The notes below the pieces were generated by a model. The model was not told the origin of the DNA, ran no database searches, and worked only from the letters and a program-made list of their open reading frames with translations. Made by a program: the position numbers and the translations under genes. Positions 14,264 to 24,140 of a DNA stretch of 64,000 nt are shown in pieces. Source of the DNA: Octopus vulgaris. Its lineage: Eukaryota. Position 1 is the first letter of the stretch; each line of letters begins with the position of its first letter. The stretch covers positions 86,614,001 to 86,678,000 of the forward strand of contig OX597814.1 in NCBI GenBank assembly GCA_951406725.2, in the 5' to 3' direction.

Positions 14264-14451
14264 AATAATCTGTATTTTTGTTATTTTTTATTTGCCCTGT
14301 CCGTGTGAGCTAACAGTCGTACTGGCTTTCATGGGAAACATGTATTTTTTTCGTGGTTGAAACCTTTTGGATTAACTGGTGCTAGAGTGAGCAATATAGT
14401 GACCACTCTCTTATATTTATTTTATTATATATATATATATATATATATATA

Positions 14452-14800
14452 TCATCATCATCATCATTTAACGTCCGCTTTCCATGCTAGCATGGGTTGG
14501 ATGATTTGACTGAGGACTGGCGAACCAGATGGCTGCACCAGGCTCCAATCTGATCTGGCAGAGTTTCTACAGCTGGATGCCCTTCCTAACACCAACCACT
14601 CCGAGAGTGTAGTGGGTGCTTTTACGTGGCAGTCAGGCGGTACTGGCAACGGCTATGCTCAAATGGTGTTTTTTACGTGCCACCTGTACAGGAGTCTGTC
14701 CAGCGGCACTGGCAATGACCTCAATCGAATGTTTTGTTCACATGCCACTGGCAATGGTGCTTTTTACATGCCAGTCTGGCTCTCTGTCGGTTATGACAAG
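14452..14800 (-). mobile_element. (GAT)n-tailed retroposon (RTE-like 3' end family)
   Basis: CATCATCATTTAACGTCCGCTTTCCATGCTAGCATGGGTTGG...; same family at 18390-18922, 50150-50912, 55980-56292. Confidence 0.8.
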
Positions 14801-15499
14801 TGTTCCAGTTGATTTGTTCACAGAACAGTCTGCTCATGAAATCAATGTGCAAGTGGTAGAACACTCCCCAAAAGCATATACCTTTAACAGTTCTCAGGGA
14901 GATTCAGCATGATGTAAAATGTGACATGGCCAGCACTTTAAATTACAAATCATTTTTGCCAGCAGAGAGGACTGAAGTGATGTGAAATAAAGTGTCTTGC
15001 TGAAGAGCACAATGCACCACTGGAAATCAAACACACTACCTTATGATTGTGAGCCAAATACCCTAACCACTATTAATTATTAATCCAAACAAGTGGAAGT
15101 AAAGCAGAAGTGAAGTTGAAAATGCATGAGGATTATATAAAGATTAATTAATTAATATAGGAATACACTTGACAAGCTTCACATTAGATTTTCAAAAGTA
15201 TATAGTATATGAAACTGTCCGCAAAATGTCTTTTGTGGCTGATCTCATACAAATTGTTTTTTTTAAAGAAAGGATGTGACCCAGAACACATAATGTACAA
15301 ATTGATTGATCAGAGTTCATGTGTCAGCCATGCAAGGTCACATAAAAGCTTTTCTCCATTGAATATGTCATATGACAATTAAAATAGAGAGATATGAATA
15401 AGTGATATTTTATTGTGGTTTTTCTTTCATTTTATGTCAGGAATTATAAGTATTTTAAGTTTTAAAATATAATGATTGTTTACATAAAAGTGTTAGATG

Positions 15500-16477
15500 T
15501 GTAGATCGACCGTACGTAAAGGAGATGGTGACAAAAGTCTCCTTTTTGAATGCTGCACGGTCGCCTTACAAAAGAAGCCAAAATACATGGAATAAAAGAA
15601 TACCAGTGCCAAGAAAGAATAAGGAGAAAACACAACCGTATAATGTATAAGAGAAAAGACTTTATTTACAGATGTGTTCATGAGTAGCAGAGCATGTGTT
15701 CAAGAGTACAACAACAGTGTGTGTCTGTGTGTTCATCACAAGTGTATGTGTGCTAGCAGAGTGTGTCTGCGTGTTCGTGTGTGTTATAAGAGTGAGATAA
15801 CAATACAGATCATAGAAAGAGTGTCCAGATACAAATGGAGTTAATTACCAGTTCGTAAGATACACAATAGCTAGTTCTGTAACAGAGAGGTTGTGGCTTC
15901 TGTCCTATGCCAGGTTACTTGGTACAGAAGATCTTGCAGGTAGACTGGACTGTTAACCTTGGCGAATATTCACAACAGCGTAAAGTTAAACCTAGGTGAT
16001 GTTGGTGGTGTCGATAAGCTTAAGGCGATGGTGAAGATGGCGTTATGGTGTGTACGTCGATGGTGATGGCGATGGTGGAGAAAGCTCCTGAAATGCTGCA
16101 GTGGTGTTGGCGCTGTCTGTCACTGGGAACTAGTTGAGTCGCTGGAACATGGCTGAGTCACTCTGTGGTCAGAGGTTAGTCCTAAGAAGGACTAGGACCA
16201 AAAACCAATGATTCAATGGATTGCTGGGTTTTATAACATTCTAGAGGCTCCAGAAGAAAATCTAAAAGACTGTGTCATGGGACCTTATCGGAAAGTTGTG
16301 ATTGGTTGGTCTACACATTGGCATGAAATAAAGCAAGAGATAAAACTGCACCAAAACCAACCAATCAAAACAGTGGACACAACTGGTCCTAAGCACCAAA
16401 GGATGGCTGCTATCTGCCACGACGTTATTTGTATTGTATATCTCTGAGAGAGAGGATGTATTTCACCAAATGCTACA
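15500..16477 (-). mobile_element. Solo LTR (Gypsy-like), 978 bp
   Basis: TGTAG...CTACA termini, 4-bp TSD GATG (15496-15499, 16478-16481), minus-strand TATAAAA at ~16229-16235 and AATAAA at 15661-15666. Confidence 0.75.
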
Positions 16478-16734
16478 GATGATTATTGTATATTATTCTG
16501 TTGAAGAATAATGTTATCAATTAGTGCTAGTTTACTTCCACTGAATATGTTAAAACATATCTCTTTGCTAACTAATTGTGGGGTATGTAAGATAACAAGG
16601 TGTGGAGTAAATAAGATAGATAATATCTGCTATAAGAACTTTGGTTTTCTTAAGAAAATGTTCAAGTAGACATACATGATATATTTCTAGATTATTCATA
16701 ATAAAAGGTGAATCATGTATTATTGATGTTTTTT

Positions 16735-17110
16735 CTAGCCTGTTCAGCCATGGCTTCTGTTTTTGAATAAACAATTTTTTCTCATTTATTCTTGTTTGAT
16801 CTATAGTATTGTCTGCACATTGACAGAGTTGGAAAATAAGAAATTTGGAAGATTTGGTTTTCACTAGATGTTCACTAAGTGGAAATTTTCTAGTATCTTG
16901 TATTTGTTGATGATGAATTGTTAATCTCATTCTTAAAGTGAGTTTAGTTTGTTCAAAGTAATCTTCCTTGCATCCATTACGCTTGATGGCATATATTAAA
17001 TTTTTTGAAGAACAAGTAAAATGTATTTTTCATAGTAAAAATTTGTCCCAATTTAAATTTTTAAGTTGTGTCCTCAATAAAGTTGTCATAAGTTCCACAA
17101 TCAAATGTGT
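16735..17110 (-). mobile_element. Penelope-like element GIY-YIG endonuclease remnant
   Basis: Frameshifted translation CGT...TCSSKNLIYAIKRNGCKEDYFEQTKLTLRMRLTIHHQQI...LFIQKQKPWLN resembles the PLE pattern C.SKNLIY.I.C..C...YIGQT...R.R...H...I...FI.KFKP.LN. Confidence 0.8.
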
Positions 17111-17644
17111 GTTGGTGGAAGGAAAAGCATTCAATCGTAAAAAATCTGCCTCAGTTAATTCCATCTGACCCATGCAAGCATGGGAATGTGGTTATTTATA
17201 CAATGATGAGGATACACAATATGCATGTCTGTTTGTCTGTCTGTGTATGTATGTGTGTGTGTGTGTATATATATACACACACGTATATAAAATTTTATAA
17301 TCATAATAGGGCACACAAGGTGCCAGCATTACTGTGAAAATCAGAGTTGAAAAATCCTCTACAAAAACACCAATCACTGGAAATGTAACAAGCACAACAG
17401 AAATTGGGCTACAACCAAAGAAATTAACTTACCATCTCGGCAGAAAGCCGTAGACTGAGGAAATAGACATCCCTGGAACAACTGATTTGAAATTTTGAGA
17501 GCTTACCTCCCTTAATTCTCATCAACAGGTCTCACTATATATAACTTTGCTTGCCTTGCTGTACTTAGTAACTGTTGAAAAGCTAGTGCCAAATTCAAAA
17601 TTGGTGTCAGTGTATAAAATTACTAAATGAATAAATATTCGAAA

Positions 17645-18026
17645 ATATTTATACAGATATTATTATTAATTATTATTAGTAAAATGAATAATAACAGCAA
17701 TAATATAAGCGACCAGCAACTCCAAAATTTTATGATTAATTTATAACTATAATAGAGTATACGAGGTGCCAAAATTGTGAAAATCAAAGTTGAAAAATCC
17801 TCTAAAGAAAACCCACCAACCACTGGAAATGTAACAAGCACAAGAGGATTTTTCAACTCTGATTTTCATGGCATTGCTAGCAACTCATATGCCATATTAT
17901 AATTATAAATTAATTATAAAATTTTGGATTTCCCATTTATCAGCTTTTGTTTACTGGCCACTTATATTATTGTTGTTATTATTCATTTTACTAATGATAA
18001 TTAATAACAATATCTATATATATTTA
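17645..18026. repeat. Diverged inverted repeat with an additional partial direct copy at ~17290-17395
   Basis: Arms ~17645-17801 and ~17844-18026; the ORF track shows similar peptides on opposite strands. Confidence 0.8.
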
Positions 18027-18069
18027 TTTAAGAATCCATATCAGAAAAATAGGTACTTGTATATTTGTC

Positions 18070-18345
18070 ATATATTAATCAAAGTATACAGTATTGTGGA
18101 TCCATTACAGCTGACCTTGCATATTGGTTTTGCATCAGATATTAGATAATTTGGGCAGTTATCGAATATATGTGCTCTTCAGGGATAAAAAGAATAATAT
18201 GGGGGTTATATTTTTTACCTTACCTGCTATCCCTGAGGAGCACATATTTTAGATAACTGACCAGATACCTAATATCAGATGTGAAACTGATTTGTAAGAT
18301 TGGCTGTAATGATTTATAGTACTATATACTTTAATTACTATATAT
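18070..18345. repeat. Diverged inverted repeat next to (TA)n carrying decayed hammerhead-like cores
   Basis: Arms ~18070-18187 and ~18228-18345; CTGAGGA at 18233 with GAAAC at 18283. Confidence 0.75.
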
Positions 18346-18348
18346 ATA

Positions 18349-18389
<41 letters not shown>

Positions 18390-18922
18390 CAAAATCAATG
18401 TGAAATTCGATGACGGGCACGAGCATGATCGTTGACAGAGCGGCTAACTGGCTTCCGTGCCAGTGGCACATAAAAAGCACTATTTGAGTGTGATCATTAC
18501 CAACTTCGCCTTACTGGCACCTGTGCCCGTGCTAGTAGGGTGCTAAGAACACCATCTGAGTATGATCGTTGCCAGAGTGGCTAACTGGCTTCCGTGCCAG
18601 TGCCATGTAAGAGGCACCATTTGAGTGGGATCATTACCAGTATCGCCTTACTGGCACTTGTGCTGTTGGCATGTGTAAAAAAAAAAAAATTCAAGCAAGG
18701 TCGTTACTAGTACCGCCTGACTGGCTCCCGTGCCGGTGGCACATAGAAGCACCCACTACCCTCTCGGAGTGGTTGGCATTCGGAAGGGCATCCAGCTGTA
18801 GAAACTCTGCCAGATGAAGACTGGAGCCTGGTGCAGCCATCTGGTTCGCCAGCCCACAGTTAAACCGTCCAACCCATGCTAGCATGGAAAGCGGATGTTA
18901 AACAACGACGATGATGATGGTG
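18390..18922 (+). mobile_element. (GAT)n-tailed retroposon with internal tandem repeats
   Basis: 3' end CCATGCTAGCATGGAAAGCGGATGTTAAACAACGACGATGATGATG; ~137-bp internal duplication (18421/18558). Confidence 0.8.
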
Positions 18923-18999
18923 ATATATATATATATATATATATATATCAGCTAAGTTTTAGTAAGTAGATAAAAGGCAGGACCCTATTGCCATCAGGT

Positions 19000-19460
19000 A
19001 AATGGCCATGCTTGATACACAGAGAAGTAATAGGGAGGAGTTCCATATGGTGTACATTAAGTAAACTATGGGTGTATAAGAGATTTACTAGAACTACAGA
19101 CAACTTGTTTGTAAATAAAGACATTGAATATGCCAAATGTACAGTAATAGTTAGCAGTTAGAGAACTGCTAAACTATCTTCTTTTCAATGTTTGGAAGTT
19201 TCGAAAGAAGCAGTTGATAGTGTCTATATCCAGAGCAGTGGAGGTGGGTGCCTTGAAAGCATAATAACCAGAATAAGGCAGGGTGTACAATGTTTAGGAA
19301 CTCTGCTGCTTCTGCTGACATGAAGGGAAAGTCTCTCTTCAAGTGAAAGGTAGGTTGTGTGTGAAGTGTGATTATACACGATAGTGAAACGTGGGCACTA
19401 AACACATGTGCAAAGGTTGGAGAGAAATAAAGCAAGCATGCTCTCTTGGACATGTGATAC
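19000..19460 (+). mobile_element. RTE LINE ORF2 C-terminal remnant
   Basis: Degenerate FRELLPLLT.KG.SLQVKGRL...HDSETWA-like segment. Confidence 0.65.
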
Positions 19461-20625
19461 ATATAAGGAGAGAGATAAATCTAGGTACAAGTGGAAGGCC
19501 AAGAAAGATATAGGGAGAAGTGGTAGAGGCTTGCTTCCTAACCACATGGTTCCAGGTTCAGTCTCACTGCATGGCACCTTGGGCAAGTGTCTTCTACTAT
19601 AGCCTCAATCCCAACCAAAGCCTTTTGAGTGGATTTGGCAGATGAAAACTGAAAGAAGCTTGTGGTATGTATACACACACATACATATGTATATCTGTGT
19701 GCGATACATATGAAGAGAGAGATAAATTTAGGTACAAGTGGAAGGCCAAGAAAGACATGGGGAGAAGTGGCAAAAGTTGATCTCAGGATATTGTACCTCA
19801 CATAAAAAATGACAAAGAACACATCAATTAGACACTGTATAAGAAAGGAGCCAGCCAAACCATGGTAACTAAGAAATGAAGACAAAAATGAGGAAGATAT
19901 TACACATGTTTCATAAGTATCTTCTCTAGCAACATTAGATTGTCTTTTTTTAGCAAATGGGCCCACATCTTCATCATCATTTAATGCCCACATTTCCATG
20001 CTAGCATGAGTCTGATATCATTTGCCAAACTTGTTTTGGAAGATTGGAAGCAAAGGATACCACTTGCATAATGATGACACTTGCTTACAACTGTCACATG
20101 AAGTCAAATCAAGGAGACAGTAACACACTCACGCACAACACACATGTACAAACACGCGCACACACACACACAGGTGTAGTTATGGCTGTATAGTAAGAAG
20201 CTTGTTTCCTAACCACATGGTTCTAGGTTCAGTCTCATTGCATGGCACCTTGGACAAGTTACTTCTACTATAGCCCTATAGCCTTGGACCAACCAAAGCC
20301 TTGTGAATGGATTTGGTAGACGGAAACCAAAAGAAGCCAGTCGTGTGTGTGTGTATATATAAAGTAGGTTTATAGTTATTCAACTATCTCTTTTGCATTC
20401 ATATATTAACAGTTTAGATCTTAATTATTAAAAAATATGACACCATTATTCTATGCTAATTTAGTTAATTGTAAGATAGAAATTTAAATGTAATGTTTTA
20501 AAAGAAATTTGAAGTGCCTATGTTATAACTGTAAACCTACTTTTGGGCCAAACTGTAAATACACATACACACACACACACACACATATATCTGTGTGTGA
20601 TACATATCTATATATATATATGTGT

Positions 20626-22261
20626 GCTCTACAGATGTCATATCTCTGGACAAGCTGATTCCACAGACATGGTCCTTTACGAAGAAGAGAGAACTCTTTC
20701 CGGGGTGCCTGGCAACATCTCTGGGCTCACGCCTGCGGCTTGCATGTATGCCGTGGTGCCCTCCTACTCAATTGGGCATTAGAAAGTCACTCACTCCAGT
20801 GCCATCCATTTTCAGGGCCGGTCGATTTGGCAGGTAAGTTGTTACACCCACCTGAGTGGATTCTGACTTCTGTGGCCACCATCCTGCTGTCTATATTGAC
20901 CGACATCCTTTTAGGGATCTAATGGGCAGAGCACAGGGCACCTTAGCCGGACCTTCAGTTCATCCCACATCTCCAGTTCTGCTTACCAAAAGTGGCCCAC
21001 TTGGTACCGTGCATTTGTCGTGTCACAATGGCTACAATATACCACCACTTCCGATCGGGAGAGAAGCAGCCTGTTTCACTCATTCTGAGTTCGAGAGTAG
21101 ATTGAGGTCATCATTGTCCCCAGGGCCTCCAGTTGTTTGCTTTACCAGACGGAATTGCTTGTCATTCTCCCACTAATGCCAGCTATCCTCAGGGGAACTT
21201 CAGAGGGAACCAGCTACTAGATGGCCTGATTGGTCTTTCACCCCTACACCCAGTTCCAGCAATCGATTTGCATGTCAGAAGCATTTTGGACTTCCACCAG
21301 AGTTTCCTCTAGCTTCATCTCAACCTGGTGTGGATCGCCATATTTCAGGTCCCTGGCCGGCTGCTACACCTGAGTTGGAATGAGAACATGAATGCATGGA
21401 ACTGAGCTGGGAATGATGCCCATAGATGCCATGCAGACTGATGCGTGCAATGTGTCATGTTCTCATTTTCGCTGTGCTGTCAGAGTTTACAAAGTGAAAG
21501 GCTCCAACAACTTGCAGTTGACTCATTGTGTCATACTTGCTGCAGGCGAGGTTCATTAGCCTGTCTTTGTCAGTTAGCTATGCCTGCGCTTTCATGGAAC
21601 AATGAGCCTGGTCGAGGGAAGTGTGTCACTCCAGCTGCTGGTCAGCTGGCAGTAGTGGGGCATTGCCCTGTGACCTGCGGATGCTACGTGCCTACCGGCC
21701 TAAAAGGAGATGGTCGTGATGATGGATCAGAGGGGAAGTACGTGCAATACCAGCATCCCACAATGAGTGATTCTACCCATTTACCCTTGGCCGGTCTCAT
21801 GGTCTCTTGAACTCTCTCTCCAAAGTTCTTTTCAACTTTCCCTCATGGTACTTGTTGGCTATTGGACTCGTCCCCGTATTTAGCTTTGGATGGCACTTAC
21901 CACCCACTTTGGTCTGTGTTCCCTAGCAACATGACTCTCGGACTGAAGTATATTGCCTATCACCGCCAGCTCCAAATGGGGTTGGTACTTGCTCTGGGTA
22001 GCCTTAATTGAGGGGACTCTGAACCTAGCCATGTGAACCAATCAACTGTGCACGACCCTTGTGCATTAGCTCTTGATGACTGGCGTGGCTGACTAGATAC
22101 GGCGTTGGGCTTCTCCCAGTTCACTTGCTTTACTTACGAAATCGTGGTTGGTTTCTTTTCCTCCACTTATCAAGTAAAGACAAGACCAGCCTAAACTGTT
22201 AACCGTGAACAATGCTGCCCTTAACTCAAACAAGACTACCTGCCGAACTTAAGCATATTGA
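20626..22261 (-). pseudogene. 28S rRNA pseudogene fragment (5' part of LSU)
   Basis: Reverse complements of universal LSU motifs in the expected order: GCCATCCATTTTCAGGGC (20801), CCAGTTCTGCTTACCAAAAGTGGCCCAC (20973), GGAACCAGCTACTAGATGG (21207), CAAAGTTCTTTTCAACTTTCCC (21821), GTTTCTTTTCCTCC (22151); many substitutions, mostly at CpG. Confidence 0.92.
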
Positions 22262-22725
22262 GCACAAAGATCCACAGAACAAATGCCAACCAATGGCAGT
22301 GGCCATGGAAGGGAGACAACAGGAAGGAAAAGGGAGGAGAGGACAAGACGACTGAGTGGCGGGCAGGGGCACTTTCGGGTGGTACTGTGTGAGGCCTCTA
22401 TCACTTTCATTCATCATTGTTTGTGCGTGTAGCCTCACTGTTTCTTGGTGTATTTGCTGTGCTCCATTGTGTATCTGTCACACTTTGAGGAATGCGGACG
22501 TCTTAACAATGACGGTCTGGCATGGCAGGAGCTGGAGGATCAAGTGGCATGCACTAGTTGGACTGGAAGAAGAAGGAAGGGCTGCGGTGGTGAGCAGTCT
22601 GGATGGTACTGTCTGTCACCACTTCTTTTTCTTTTCCTTCTGCTAACCCCAACATGCCCTTTCCTGTGATTCTTGACACCCTGTCACTGCCAACAGCAGT
22701 GGCGGATGGCGTTTTTGTGTTGTGA
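22262..22725 (-). pseudogene. ITS2-like spacer of the rDNA pseudogene
   Basis: Relatively GC-rich sequence lying between the 28S 5' end and the 5.8S 3' end. Confidence 0.7.
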
Positions 22726-22886
22726 CCGCCTCTCAATTGGACAGGACCCCAGAACAATGGGATCCTGAAGCTGCAATGTGCATTTGAGGTGTCAATGTTC
22801 ACTGTGTCCTGCAGTTTGCATCGGTTCACACAGATAGCCGTACTCTTTATCGATGGACGAGCCGAGTGATCTCCAATCCAGGGTTT
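22726..22886 (-). pseudogene. 5.8S rRNA pseudogene
   Basis: GCAATGTGCATTTGAGGTGTCAATGTTCACTGTGTCCTGCAG...TATCGATGGACGAGCCGAGTGATC resembles the reverse complement of metazoan 5.8S (GCAATGTGCGTTCGAAGTGTCGATGTTCAATGTGTCCTGCA...CATCGACGCACGAGCCGAGTGATC). Confidence 0.9.
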
Positions 22887-23629
22887 CGGTAGTTACTGCT
22901 GCTGCTCCTACTACTACACTACTGAGTTGTGTATGTGTTTGTCCACCCATCACTACTTTACAACCGGTGTTGGTGTGTTTACATCACCATTACTTAGCAG
23001 CTCAGCCAAAGAGACTGATAGAATAAGAACTTGGTTTCAAAAATAAGTCCTGGGGTCGATTTGTTTGACTAAGACCCTTCAAGGTGGTGCTCCTGCATGG
23101 CTGCAGTCAAAATGATTGAAACAAGTAAAAGAATAAAAAAATACACACACACACAAATGACAGGTTTCTTTCAGTTTCTGTCTACCAAATCAACTTACAA
23201 GTGTTTGGTTGGCCTGGGACAATAGTAGGTGACACTTGCCCAAGGCACCATGCAGTGGGACTGGACCTGAGACCATGTGGTTCAAAAAGCAAGCTTCTTA
23301 CTACACAGTCACACCTGTGCCTGCCATAAATGAAATTATTTGCTATTGCTTAATTATGGAACAATTATGGACCAATGGAAGCAACCAAATATTCTTACTT
23401 AGAAGCTATGTTAAAAATCTCTATTCTCTGTTCCATACATTGAGGATGTAGTCACTCATCTACAAACTTTGAGAAATGTGGAACTATTATTAAATATCTA
23501 CAATTCCCAGCATATATTGAGTGCTACTTTTTCTTTGACTCCCTGCTATTACACACACACACTTTATTAGGTGATAACTCACTTAATTTTCATTTCTTTT
23601 TAGAATTAACCAAAGCAAATTAGAAATAA

Positions 23630-24140
23630 TGAAGGAAACCAGACTAAGCTTTGAACAAAGGCAAGTCATCCTAAAGTGCTACTGCAAGTTTTGAAATGCA
23701 TTTCAAGTGCAAGACAATAAAGGAAGGAGTTTCAAAACAAATCCACCCATGCAACTTATCACCAGTTGAATTAGAGATAATTTTGAAGCAGATGGAATTG
23801 TTCAGAATGTCCTCAAGAAACATTCTAGAAGGCAGCAAACATCAATGAGCCCCATAAAGCAAGAAAGGGTTCTAGAAACATATTGCCAGAGTCTAAGAAA
23901 ATCTGTATAGCAAATGAGACATGAGACAGGAATTTCAAAATGAAGCAAGACGAACATTTTGAAGTGCTGTGATTGGAAAAGTTACATCCCAAAAGTCCAT
24001 GCTCCCAATGAAGATAATCTGCACCAAAAAATTAAATGTTTCAAGTGGTACTTGGGAAGATGTGTAGAAGATGCACACTTTCCAACATAGACTTGATGAA
24101 TTGATGAGGTAACATTTAAGTTAAATGGCTCAATTACCCA
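23630..24140 (+). mobile_element. Tc1/mariner transposase N-terminal remnant
   Basis: MKETRLSFEQRQVILKCYCKF...IRDNFEADGIVQNV...; ends near a DE.TFKLNGSI motif; multiple stops. Confidence 0.65.

Larger units (their letters stand above)
13805..14423. repeat. Near-perfect ~286-bp-arm inverted repeat within a (TA)n-embedded insert (~13680-14423)
   Basis: Arms 13805-14090 and 14134-14423 with a 43-nt spacer; the only differences seen are two homopolymer lengths; flanked by (TA)n on both sides. Confidence 0.97.

Noticed and set aside
20543-22829. Cluster of GC-rich ORFs
   Set aside because: They lie in the rDNA pseudogene
20626-22886. Functional rRNA genes
   Set aside because: Truncated, deleted, locally inverted and CpG-decayed
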